Source: the human T2T-CHM13v2.0 reference genome, Homo sapiens
Strand: one strand, 5' to 3'
Length of the DNA stretch: 64,000 nt
NCBI RefSeq assembly: GCF_009914755.1
Contig: NC_060928.1
Shown: positions 14,268 to 28,855 of the stretch, piece after piece
Layout: each line of letters starts with the position of its first letter
Position numbering within the stretch: position 1 is the stretch's first letter
Position numbers and translations under genes: made by a program
The notes under the pieces: model-generated
What the model saw: only the letters and a program-made list of their open reading frames with translations
Database searches by the model: none
Told to the model about the DNA's origin: nothing

Positions 14268-14408
14268 GCAACAAAGTTTGTTGTAGTGTAAATGGTATCG
14301 AAATGAAAGAATCAACCTAGGTCTTCAACAAGAGAGGACGGGTTCCATGAGTTATGGTCTGTTTATGTAAGGGAGGCCATGCTGGAGCTAAAAATAATGG
14401 CAGAGAAG

Positions 14409-14455
14409 TGTGTGTGTGTGTGTGTGTGTGTGTCTGTGTATACACACACACACAG
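14409..14455. repeat. (TG)n/(CA)n microsatellite
   Basis: Directly visible. Confidence 0.95.
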
Positions 14456-15069
14456 AGACAGGAGCTAAAGCAGACTACAAAACACATTGGATAGCAGAGA
14501 CCCTTTGCTGTATTTTTAAAATCTTGCAGAAATAAATATATTCTAAAAGACTAGACCTATATACACCAAAATGTTAACAGAGCTATCTCTAGGGGTGTGA
14601 GATTTGGGGTAATTTTTTAAAATTTTTGTTTATTTGCATTTTCTAATATTTTAAAATTTGTATGTTTTGGTGGTTACTTAAAACTTCAAATGAATATACT
14701 GTAGTGTAGGGTGAACAAATTGGCAGGTAGCATTGTGTCGAGCCCCTGGAGCACATTGCAGATATGTGTCACTGTCTGGGGACAGACTGCACAGGTGGCT
14801 GACACCACGCACATGCACTGGCCCTGGCTCTCCCAGTGCTCCTGGCTGCCCAGCTTCAGGCCCGGTGCTGGGGTCCTCAGAGCATCGTCTCTTGGGTCCT
14901 GCAGGTTTACCGGAAGCAGCCCTTTTTAAACCAGAGACATTCCAGTTTTCTTTCTGAGAGTAGAATATCCAGGAGCACATGGTCAAAAGAAATTATGTTT
15001 AACCCAGAAACAACTTCCTCTTCCTCCTCTTATTTGCTTACTTTTTAATTATATATTTTCATGTTTTAG

Positions 15070-15156
15070 GGAATCCTGCGGGGAAGGCAGCATGAAAGTC
15101 CTGGAAAAGAGGCTGAAGGACATGGGGTTCCAGTACAGCTGTATTAATGATTACCG
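15070..15156 (+). CDS. BST1: BST1 exon 7 ((V)ESCGEGSMKVLEKRLKDMGFQYSCINDY(R))
   Basis: gttttag|G acceptor, CG|gtaggt donor, 87 nt. Confidence 0.98.
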
Positions 15157-16499
15157 GTAGGTGGCCTATATATCAATGTGCTCTTGTAGAGGTGGTGTAT
15201 GATTTTGGAGGAGGTGGGCTGCCGAAAGGGTATTGATGGCTCTCAGCTCTGAAGGCCATGGTGTCTTCCGGGTGGCTTCTCGGTGTGGAGGCAAGGAGCA
15301 CTTTCTGGCCTGAGTTTGGCCAGGGCCCCACCCACTGCTGTCCAGAGTCCATCTTCACGGCACTGGACGTTTAAAGAACACACAGAGCAGCACTTTCTCA
15401 TTTGCTCATGCCCAGTTCTCTCCTCACTGTGCTTACTGTGCAGCGAGATGCTGGAGTACAGGGACTGAGGTTCCTATGTCTTTGGATCTCTGTGGGATCC
15501 CTGTGCATGACAGGTGCTAAGGTGGGAGCTTGTTTGAGGTATTTACAGACACATCTTGACCACAGACCAATAGGAAAATAATAATAACTACCACTTGGTG
15601 AGCAGCTATGGGCCAGACACTTTATATATTTATAATCAGGTATCATTTGTGGGCCTTGTTGCTTGGACATTTTTTTTAAAAAAAACTTGGCTCAAGCCCT
15701 AAGGTAGTTGCAAGCCATCTCTGGACTCAAACGCCTGCCTCTGGCTCTCTCTGCCCCAGCCCCTAAGACTGTGGACCTGCTGATTCTGCAAGGGGCTGGA
15801 ATCCAACATTGCAAAAACTGAGTGGTTTTCTTGAACATTTCTGAGTGTCGCTGGGTGGAAATGACGTCAGTGGTCTTTTGTTGCCTAACACCCTTGATTA
15901 TCCTGCTTCTCTGCCACTCTCTGCCTTCCAGCAGCCCCATGGGCTGGATCATTCTCCCAGCTGAGCAAAGCACCCTAAACGTGTGAACCACTCCCTCCCA
16001 CTCCATGCCTCCTCAAGACAAGGAGCCCCTCAAGGCTGTTCTGTTATCTGTACCTTTTACTCATAAATTATTGCCAGTGCTCTCAAAAGTTAGATGTTGT
16101 TTATCACCCCTTTTAAATACAAAACAAGGCAAATGTCCTTTTCTGGAAATATAATCTATGTACAGAAAAATATACAAACCATGAGTACACAGGTGGATGA
16201 AGTTTCCCCCATTTAGTGCATACCTGCAACCAGCCCTCAGACCAATAAACAGAACATACTCAGCATCCCCAGGGGCTCCCATTGGCCTCTTTTGGTCACC
16301 ACCCCCATAGTAACCACTCTCTAGATTTATAATGCCATTTATTAGTTTTATCTGTCTTTAAGCTTTAAACTCAGTGACAGAGCTGAGTTTTGAACCCAGC
16401 TTTGCATGGCCTTAACGCACGCTCTTTCCCTCCTGCTACCAAGCTCTTCCTTCCTTAATTGAAGCTCCAGTAGTACATTTTAAAAAACATTCAATTCTT

Positions 16500-17085
<586 letters not shown>

Positions 17086-17612
17086 TTATGTCATTGGGCT
17101 GAGTTATAATAGCCGGGCCAGAGCCCAGGTCTCCTTGCCCCTCACGGCTGCCCTGGGTCTGGGCTTATGTGCTTCCTCTCTATTGTGTCCCTACCTCAGT
17201 CAGCCTCAGGGCTCTTCTCTTCCAGGCCTGACTCAGTAAAGAAATGAGGAAGCTCCCATTTCTTTATTGCCCATAGGCTGTTTCTGTGTTAGTGTCAGGA
17301 GCAGAGAGGATATAATGAAAGGTATAAATGGGAAAGTGATGAGGGTTAACATAACAAATCCAACTCCAACCCAGATGTGAGAAACTCCTGCCCCTCACAA
17401 TTCAGGTGGCATTGCCTTCTGCCCCACATCAGTAGAAAGTTCTCCCTGAGGTTCTTGCCCATTTTGGAGGGGGCTTATCTTTTCATGGCCTCCCTTACCT
17501 TCTGGTTGGTTTCTGCCAGTACTGTGTTGAATCAGACTCAGTGAAAACTCCATACCTGTTTTTGGGCATAAACAATGACAGATAACTACTTTTATTAAAA
17601 ATATGTGCATCA

Positions 17613-17978
17613 CATATACACCATGGAATACTATGCAGCCATAAAAAGGATGAGTTCATGTCCTTTGTAGGGACATGGATGAAGCTAGACACAATCATTC
17701 TGAGCAAACTATCCCAAGGACAGAAAACCAAACACCGCATGTTCTCACTCACAGGTGGGAACTGAACAATGAGAACCCTTGGACACAGGGTAGGGAATAT
17801 CACACACTGGGGCCTGTCGTGGGGTAGGGGGAGGGGGGAGGGATAGCATTAGGAGACATACCTAATGTAAATGACGAGTTGACAGGTGTGGCACACCAAC
17901 ATGGCATGTGTATACATATGTAACAAACCTGCACATTGTGCACATGTACCCTAGAACTTGAAGTATAATAATAAAAAA
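17613..17978 (+). mobile_element. 5'-truncated L1PA 3' end
   Basis: L1PA 3' UTR with G-rich tract and catgtaccctagaactt; TSD aaaaatatgtgcatca at 17597 and 17980. Confidence 0.93.
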
Positions 17979-18599
17979 TAAAAATATGTGCATCAAGTAG
18001 ACACTACTGAAAGGTAGCTGAGTCAAGGACAGAAGACATGGCATGCCATAGAGACAACAATATCACGTTCCTGTTCTTCCATAGTCCCCTGCAGTGATCG
18101 TGCCACAGAGATCCTGTCTAGGCTTGCCTCCTACCTAACTCCCCGTGTGCCACCAAGACCTGGCTCCTGTCTTCATTGCTGCTTCCCTTCCCCTCCTGGT
18201 GCCTTGGAACTTCACATCTTCTCCCTCTGTTGTGCACAGCAAGTTAGCTTTCCTCTCTGATGCCTGAGCATTGGCCATCACCCATGTGGTTCAAGTCCAA
18301 CCTTCTGCCCAAAGTACTTATCAGGTCATACGTGTTGTACGTGCATACAGAAATGGTTAGAAGCTCAGGCCCTAGAGTCAGCCTGCATAGTTCAAGTTCA
18401 GCCCTTCAACTTGCTACTGTGAGAACTTGGGTGGGTTATTGTGGTCAGCTTTCTCAATTGTAAATTGGAGAAGATAAAGCACCTATTCCATTTGGTTGTT
18501 ATGAGGATTACATGACATGATCCTTACAAAAGATATAATCAAATGTCTTGGTACGTAGGAAGTGCTTGATAAATGCTGGCTAATATTTTCATTTGTTTT

Positions 18600-18896
18600 A
18601 GTTTTTCTAGATACAAGGCCTCACTCTGTTATCCAGGCTGGAGTGCAGTGGTGCGATCATAGCTCACTGCAGCCTTGAACTCCTGGGCCTCCTGCCTCAG
18701 CCTCCTGGGTAGCTGAGACTATAGGCATGAGCGTCTGCACCCAGATAATTTTTAGATTTTTTTTTTTTTTTTTTTTTGTAGAGCCAGGGTCTCGCTATGT
18801 TGCCCAGGCTGGTCTCAAACTCCTGGTCTCAAGCAGTCCTCCTGCCTCAACCTCCCAAAGTGCTGGGATTACAGGTGTAAGCCACCGTGCTGGGCC
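18600..18896 (-). mobile_element. AluJ-like element
   Basis: Antisense Alu with J-type diagnostics. Confidence 0.85.
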
Positions 18897-19038
18897 ACTA
18901 ATATTTTTAGAGGAAATAGTTTGTGTATTATTTGAGGTCAGAGACTACTGTATCTCCAGGACTTTTCAGGCAAGCCATAAATGGTTGATGGATGAAAGTT
19001 ATTTAAATAATCCCTTAAATATTATTTTCTTTCTGTAG

Positions 19039-19098
19039 ACCAGTGAAGCTCTTACAGTGCGTGGACCACAGCACCCATCCTGACTGTGCCTTAAAGTC
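19039..19098 (+). CDS. BST1: BST1 exon 8 ((R)PVKLLQCVDHSTHPDCALK(S))
   Basis: ttctttctgtag|A acceptor, TC|gtaagt donor, 60 nt. Confidence 0.98.
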
Positions 19099-19366
19099 GT
19101 AAGTAAATGTCTTAACCCAAATCGTTCTTTCCAAAGATAACCATCTCCTTTCAGAAGTTTTCAGTTCACAAACATGAACATATTATCAGAGGCAGATGTA
19201 AGTGTGCTCATTGGATTCTGGTTTGGCCTTATTTTTATTTATATGTATCTGTCTTAGTTTTTGTACAAAAAGCAATCACGCTACACATAACGTCCTGCTG
19301 TGAGCTTTCTTCACTTGCTGGTGTAATGGGGCCACCCTTTAAAGTTTGTTCATACTTCTGTCCTAG

Positions 19367-19711
<345 letters not shown>

Positions 19712-20558
19712 CACACCACCTTTTATGTAATCCTTTCTGAGTCATGGGCTGGCTTGGTTGTATGTTGTTATAGTAGTTGTTTTGCTATTATAAACAATGC
19801 TGAAATATAATCCTTGATTATATACTTTAAGCTGTTGTGCAAGTATTTGTGTAGGATAGATTCCCAGAAATTGAGTTGCTGAGTCAAAGAATGTGTGTGT
19901 ATTTTAAATTTTGATATGTTCTGAGAAATTTTGATATGTTTCAAAAAGGCTGTGCCAGCATACACTTCCACCACCAGTATATGCTAGGAGTGCCCGTTCT
20001 CCACTCCTCCACGCTATGTATTTTCTATATCCATATCTGTATCTGTGCCTGTACCTATAGCCTATCATTTTAGCCCATCTTAGGGGTAAAACATAGTGCA
20101 TTATTGTCATTTCAGTTTGTGTGGGCAGGAAGATTTCTGATCCCTCCACTTGAATTCTTTTCCGAAATCTATTTACTAACATCATACTTATCCTGACAAT
20201 CCAACTCAAGTGTTCTTTGCTCTGTGAGGCTTTCCTCATTCTCCACGTTGATTGAGGAACTCCCTTCTCTTTGCTTCCAAGGACTTTGTACACAACCTGA
20301 TGACAGTGCTTTACTCTTCCTAGCCCTGCTATCGTTCATTCTGTACCATCTGCCTGCCTCACTCTGCCTTCCTCTTTGTGTTTCTCTTAGTATTTTTCAT
20401 TACAGTTGCACATAGTAGGTGCACCATCTATGCCTGTAGGATCCGTTCTTCCATCTACAAGGGAAGAGAACTAATCAGAGTGCACAGTAACTATATGCTA
20501 GGCATTTGCTGTGTGCACTACATAAAATAGTATGTTTATCTGAATAACCAGTACATTA

Positions 20559-20895
<337 letters not shown>

Positions 20896-22111
20896 GCACA
20901 TGCACTGGTGAGCTGGCTTGTCATCCCCATATAGTTCTTATTCTCTTTTTCATTTAGTAATAGAACCCTTGAATTTTAGATGGTTCATGGCTATCAAGAA
21001 TAATGATCCTAGCCTCTCTACCCACTGTGGCCAAGTGACATGTGCAATTTCTGGGTTTAGCACTTGAAAGGAAGGGACTTACATTCCCTTTCTCCTTTTA
21101 TGCTGGCTGGTATATGGGCCCACAAGATGTGGAGGTGAGCGTCTTCAACTGGGCGTGGCAGAGTAACACAGCAAAAGGAAGCCGGGTGCCTCTGTACCAT
21201 GGCATCACTCTACCAGCCCTGAAGAGTTACTGAGAGAGAAATAAACATCTGTCTTCTCTAAGCCACTGTCATTTAGACAGAAGCCAGATTTTATTTGATC
21301 CAATGTGGGTAGGTTCATATTCTCCCTTCAGAAGCAAAGAAACTCTGGCTCAGAGAAGTTTATGAAGGACTCACCCAAGACCACCCAGCTAGTGCAGGCA
21401 GAACCAGGATCTGAAGGAGTCTGAGAACTGTCAAAATTCACTCTGGCAGATGTCTTGCTCTTTGGGCTGGAAATTAGGACAACAGACCCATCATCTCCAG
21501 CATGTATTCTAGGAGCCAACATCCCAGGGTTCGGTGATGGATTTAAGTCCTCTCCTCATTCTTTAATGCTATTCGTTCCCTGTGAATTTGGCATGCATCG
21601 TTTCTGAGTCCTTTCACAGGAGGTAAAGGATAGCCTGTGAACCTGGGTCTTTCCTTTCCTCACCTGAAAATGAAGTCCACCCTCATGTCGCTGCTGCTCA
21701 AAAACCTTCAAAGTTACCTACTACCAAGTTCAGACTTCTAGTCCCATCTTCCAGGTTCATCATACTCTTTCCAGACACGTCACCCACAGCTTCTCATCTG
21801 GAATGTTTATTTCAAGGCTAGTTTTGATCCACTTCCCATAAGATATCATATGCTTTCCTGCTCATCAGCCTGTGGAAACACCGTTTTGGCAGTAGTAAGC
21901 ACTCTGTTCTTACTGAGTTAGTCAGATGATCTGAAATTGTCAGTTTTCTTATCTACAAAGCCTCCATGAGGTTACCCTGATCCCTGATCTCAATATTTAA
22001 AATCATAGCCTCCATCTCACAACTGTGGCTCTTCAAAACCCTCATGTGACTGCATTTTTTTTCTTTTTTATAGTGTTTATCTTCTGACTGACCTACTTGT
22101 GAAGTGCGGTC

Positions 22112-22356
<245 letters not shown>

Positions 22357-23007
22357 AAATTCATTCTTTAGCGCCTCCCACCTGTCAGAACATGAGCTCC
22401 AGGAGGTCAGGGACTTTGACCTGTTTTTTTCACTGATGATGGTATTCTAAGGACCTAAAACAGAACTTGCAACTCGGTAGACACTTAGGAATGAATGAAT
22501 GGATGAATAGATAACGAATGAATGGTTGGATTCTACCCTGGAAAGGCATAGATTTAAGAAGAACGATGTTCAAAGGTGCTGGGCAGCCAGAAGGAATGAC
22601 AAATGCTCTACAACACCTTCAGAGAAGTGCCCAGAGGCTGCATATGCATAAGGTCTACATTTTGATTGCAAGAAAAAGAATCCTTGTGTGGCTCACTTAT
22701 GTGGAAAAGGGGGAATAAAGTTGTTGCAAAGATTAGTGGTATAGACTTTCTAAGGAGACTGGAACCTCATAAGTCTTGGATAGGGAAGTGTCTGTGGTGT
22801 TAGAATTACTTAGGTTTGTATGGTTTTACTCTTTGTCTCATTAATCAGACTGTCAACCTATACAGAAACAGACCATGTAAAATTCCTTGTTGTAAAACCC
22901 ACTGCACCCTACACCACCATTCCTGAAATGGGCAAATGGTGCCATCCTAGCACCAGTGCCTTGGGTTAGCTCCCCTGCTGCAGGAAGAATAAGGAGAACG
23001 AGGGTAG

Positions 23008-23247
<240 letters not shown>

Positions 23248-24600
23248 TAGAAGGAAGACAGTTTGATTGTCATCAATGATGCTGAGGTTCAGAAGGATTA
23301 AGTGATCACTTAATGTTACTCAGAGGCCGAAGCAAAACGGAGATTTGTCTGTGTGTAAAGTTCTCATTCTTCCTACCACACCACACTGCCTTAAAATGTC
23401 TCTGGGTCTCACACCACAGCAGGTAAGTAAGGAGTTTGCAGTTCCTGACCTGTTCTTCCCTGTGTGTGGGCATTCTTTCAGTGACTGTTGGTAGACATTT
23501 TTGACAATTCTGGCTGATTCCTTTGAATGTCAAGGATAAAACTCTCTTTCACTCTGCCAAGTTTTTCACCAACTTTCATCACCCTGGCAGGAATTTTTCT
23601 AATCTATTTTTTAAACATTCTAGCTGTGAATAGTCATAGATAATTTACAAAAGAGAAACCACAAATAGCAAATATACAAAATTATTTAATCACTCTAATA
23701 ATAATGGAAAACAAATTCAACAAGGTGTCATTTTCACCTAAACTTTCTTGGCATACATTAAAACATAGCAGAAAAATGTTTTAGAGATGTTATTCAATGC
23801 TTGATGTCACTGTAAATTGATAAAGTGCTTTGGGAAAACAATTTGACAATATGTGTCAAGAATTAGAAAAATATCACAGTCTTTGACCTAGGTCACACTT
23901 TAGGGTACTTTTGGTGCCCTATTCCAAACAAGTGATTTGAAATGCACATACAGCCTATATGCTCAAATATGTTCTCCAGAGCATTCTTTATAATACTGAA
24001 ATACTGGGAACTGGACTCAAATATCCACTGACAAGTAAACAGTTACATCAAAGGGTACACTTACTGGAGGGAGTAGAATATAGCCCTTAAAGACAATGGT
24101 AGGATAATCATACAGCAAGCAGAAGACCCCATGAATAATCCAAGGGGAAAAAACCAACCTTAGCGCTTATAGGTTATAATATTGGCCAAAAATTCAGTAG
24201 ACTTTTAATCTGCAGGATTGGTGATGATATGAGAAAACAGACATATAGTACTGGAATGAGGACTCAGTGTGGCACTAAGGGCCAAAGGCAAACATCAGAT
24301 CTTTTAACTTAGCTGGAAGGCTCTATCCTAAATGCCCCAGGCCACAGAGACAGGACTACTCATCTCTACTTGTTTAGGAATAGTGGGGTAAAGGGCTTTT
24401 AATCTGCAAAGGTTTCAAATGAAATAAACAACTGTTGATGTAAATCCACCCATTTTATTAATAGTTTTGTGGTAAATTTAGGGACAATCTGTATGTTTTG
24501 GTATTTAATTATTGGCAATATTTTAGAGAATGTAGCATATAAGAACAGCTGTTGGATTAAACCTGTGATGCCAGTATATGGGTTACTATTAAGTAACTAA

Positions 24601-25113
<513 letters not shown>

Positions 25114-25331
25114 TGATTTTAGGCTTGGGATTTTTAGTAGGAAGTTATAAGAGAATTTTACTAAGTTTTGAACCAGTATTGGAATTTGTAAAAGAATTAA
25201 GATTAAATTTTATACATTTATTAGGTTTACTACAATCAAGTAATTGAGAAAGTTTTGCTAATTTAAAGTCATTTAAAATATTTTTTAAAAAAGATGTAAT
25301 ATTTTAATATTTAAGTTGAAAATAACCTGAA

Positions 25332-25641
25332 GCCTTGCCCAGTGGCTCATGCCTGTAACCGTAGCACTTTGGGAGTTCAGTGCGGGAGGATCACTTGAAC
25401 CCAGGCATTCAAGACCAGCCTAGGCAACATGGCGAGACCCCGCCTCTACAAGCAAACAAACAAAAAATTGGCTGGGTATGTTGGTGTGCACCTATGGTCC
25501 CAGCTACTCAGGAGTCTGAGGCAGGAGGATTCTCTAAACCCGGGAAGGTCAATGCTTCAACGAGCTGTAGTCATGCCACTGCACTCCAGCCTGGGTGACA
25601 GAATGAGACCCTGTCTCAAAGAATAATAATAATAATAATAA
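25332..25641 (+). mobile_element. AluJ-like element
   Basis: Sense diverged Alu, (aat)n tail, TSD taacctgaa. Confidence 0.8.
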
Positions 25642-26784
25642 CTTAACCTGAAATAACTTGAGTTTAAAACATCACAGGAATTAAGTAAGTGTGACAAATC
25701 CTTAAGAGTTATTGTCAGAGTTCACCAGGTTTTTAAATAGAACAATGTGATTTATAAATTAAATAAAAGGGCATGGGAAAATTAGGCTTTTGAGTATATA
25801 AATGTAATAACAAGAATCAATTTTAAAAATCAAAGTAACTGCAAATAGTGCAGTTACCCCCTCAAGTATAGTCTCACATTGACAAGAAAAGGTTTTTAAG
25901 CTACAAAGTGAGAAACCAATGCACAGAACATGAACCGAGACATGTAAACCAGAAGAAAGCAAAACAGCATGTTTCTATTTGTGCATGATAATGGATGTAA
26001 GTGATAGAAATAGGTCTGAGAAAGTAAACTCCAAGCACCTAACTGTGGGTTCCTTCTAGGCAAAGGAATAGAAACTGGAAAAAGATGAAGGGAGGCTGTC
26101 ATTATTAGTGTATCTAATTATGTGTTATTTTATTTTTTAAAAAAGTAAAGAAAAATGTAACCTTATGTTAATTAGTTAATTATTTGAAAGCAAAAGTAAT
26201 TTTAAATTTTGAGTGAATCGAGTCTGGGACATTAACTGCATCACAGGTGCAATTGTAGAAAATGTCCGGTAGGTGGAGCACTAATACAAACCTGTGGGTC
26301 AGATTTCTTTAGCAAAAAAGAGAGGACCAGCATTCAAATGGAGTCAGGAACTTTTAAGGACAGGGCCACTAGTCCAGAGCCATGGGATATATTTCCAAGC
26401 CAACATTAGATGGTTTCATAATTTTAAAATTCATCTTTTAGTTGGTTTAAAAGAATTCAGTAATTTCTGTTTTTACAAACCCAGTGGCCAGATACTGTTT
26501 ACTATGAATAGGGTCCATATTTTGGGCAGGCCCTCTGTTGATGTCTTCATGTCAGGACAGGTTTTTCTTCACCACTTAAACTCTGATCATGTAATAGCCA
26601 TCAGTAGGAAACCTGGCTAACACTGTGTTCCATCCGTACAATAAGAATTCATCCACAAGGAAGAATGAGTTAACTCCCTGTGTACCAATATGGAAGCATG
26701 TTCAAAATATGATGTTAGGTGAAGAACGCACGTTGCAGATTCCATTTGTGCTTAGATAAAAGGATATCTAAAGACATCTAAGGA

Positions 26785-26925
26785 TAATTTGCAGGGCAGC
26801 AGCAGGTCCTGTTGTCTAGAGAAGCTTTTTGCTCAGGAAAGAATGTCTTGAGATGGTATTTCAATGACGTGTGTGCTCAGGATTGCAGAAATAGGAATTA
26901 GTTATATTGAGCAGGTTCAGCATGC
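26785..26925 (+). other. Degenerate, internally deleted duplicate of BST1 exon 9 (acceptor plus 3' UTR segment)
   Basis: taatttgcagggcagcagc is identical to 27891-27909; 26807-26925 aligns by eye to 28091-28212 at roughly 80% identity. Confidence 0.85.
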
Positions 26926-27075
26926 ATGTGTTCATTGCATTCCTGGAAAGAGAACTCAAACTATCAAAGTTGGTTTTCTATGGAAAGTGCAAATGGGGAG
27001 ACTAAGAGACTTTTACTTTCCACTTTATAACTTCCTATATACTATGTACATTTCTCCACAGTGTGCACAATTTGC

Positions 27076-27820
27076 TTTTTTTTTTTTTATACTGGTAGCA
27101 GTAGAATTTATTCAAATGTGCCTTAATATAGGCACTGGGGCTTGCCTATGGTGCTCTCGATATATAAGGCCCGGACATTCTGCCAGTTTTTCTGCCAGTT
27201 TTTCTTGAGCAATGTCACCAAGAAGTTGACAGGCAGGTGACTGTTACACACAAGCTCATTGTCTGTCCTTTTCACGTGGCCAACAGCCACAGCCAGACAT
27301 AACACCTTCTTCATGTGGAAATTGATTACGGACTTCATCTCATCCACTTTGGCCACCATGTTTTCCTTGTGTGTGAGCAGGGAGGGGCAATTTCCTGCCT
27401 TATTTAGGACTGGGCCGAGGATTCGTGGGATCTGCTTGATCAGAGACTCTGAGGCCAAAAATGCATCATACTCTTGGCCAGTTTCTTGACCAGTTTCTTA
27501 TTCTTGTTGAGTTTTTTCAGTACCTCGTTTTCCATGTGGTGGAAATCCACAGGCTTGGCCTTGTCACAGTGCTGCTGGTTACCCAGGACACACATGGAGA
27601 ACTTGGGGCAGGGAGTGGACTTAAGCCTGACGGTGCCCGAGAAGCGCTTGTCCTTCTGGGGAGTCATAGTTCTTGAAGCTGATCTGCAACTCCACCATCT
27701 CCAGAAACTTGGGGTGCTTGCGCTGGTTTCGGTGCAGGACTTCGCGCACCGCCTCCTACGGGGTGTCACGGGAGACTTTGCTGCTCATGGCTTCTCGCTC
27801 CGCGCTAACCAGAAAAGAGA
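27076..27820 (-). pseudogene. RPL10A: RPL10A processed pseudogene, antisense within BST1 intron 8
   Basis: 5' TOP-like ctcttttc at ~27819, ATG at 27788 (MSSKVSRDT), TAG at codon 11, frameshifts, [14 protein letters not shown] and [13 protein letters not shown] fragments, TAA at 27123, AATAAA at 27107-27112, poly(A) at 27076-27088, no introns. Confidence 0.96.
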
Positions 27821-27900
27821 CTAATACTGCACATATATTTTTGAGCGTAGATTCCATACACCAATACTGACACTTTCTCTATTTCCTTGTTAATTTGCAG

Positions 27901-28006
27901 GGCAGCAGCCGCTACTCAAAGAAAAGCCCCAAGTCTTTATACAGAACAAAGGGCGGGTCTTATCATTCCCCTCTTTCTGGTGCTGGCTTCCAGGACTCAA
28001 CTGTAA
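27901..28006 (+). CDS. BST1: BST1 exon 9 coding part ((S)AAAATQRKAPSLYTEQRAGLIIPLFLVLASRTQL*), GPI-anchor signal
   Basis: ttgttaatttgcag|G acceptor, TAA at 28004-28006, hydrophobic C-terminus; exon lengths fit a 318-aa protein if exon 1 has 188 coding nt as recalled. Confidence 0.98.
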
Positions 28007-28312
28007 CTGGAAACTGTGTTGCTCTAACCCTCCTCCAGCCCTGCAGCCTCCCCTTGCAGTCATCATTCGTGTTCTGTGTATACCAAATGATTCTGTTATC
28101 TAAAGAAGCTTTTTGCTGGGAAAACGATGTCCTGAAAATGGTATTTCAATGAGGCATATGTTCAGGATTTCAGAAACAAGAAGTTAGTTCTATTTAGCAG
28201 GTTAAAAAATGCTGCATTAGAATTAAAGCAAGTTATTTTCTTATTTGTATAATGACACAAAGCATTGGGAGTCAGACTGCTTGTATATTATCAAACATTT
28301 TAAGAGAATTCT

Positions 28313-28318
28313 AATAAA
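28313..28318 (+). terminator. BST1: BST1 polyadenylation signal AATAAA (3' UTR 28007 to ~28335; variant ATTAAA at 28222)
   Basis: First canonical AATAAA after the stop, followed by a T-rich segment. Confidence 0.8.
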
Positions 28319-28477
28319 GCTGTATTTTACATCATCTATATTTTCCTATATCTCCAGCAGCACGGACACTGCATGCTTGTTGATTGCTTAAGACATATGT
28401 ATACTATATAAATGTATGCATATATGGTCTGCAAAGTTTTCATTTTTCATTTATTTGGTATAAAGATGTTCAGTTAA

Positions 28478-28778
<301 letters not shown>

Positions 28779-28855
28779 ATAATAGTTACTTATAATGAGG
28801 GAAAAACCCAAAATATCCAGTAATATTTACATATTTACTGAAACTGTTTGGAACT

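Noticed and set aside
27123-27769. RPL10A-like ORFs as a functional gene
   Set aside because: Stop at codon 11 and frameshifts split the reading frame; it is a processed pseudogene
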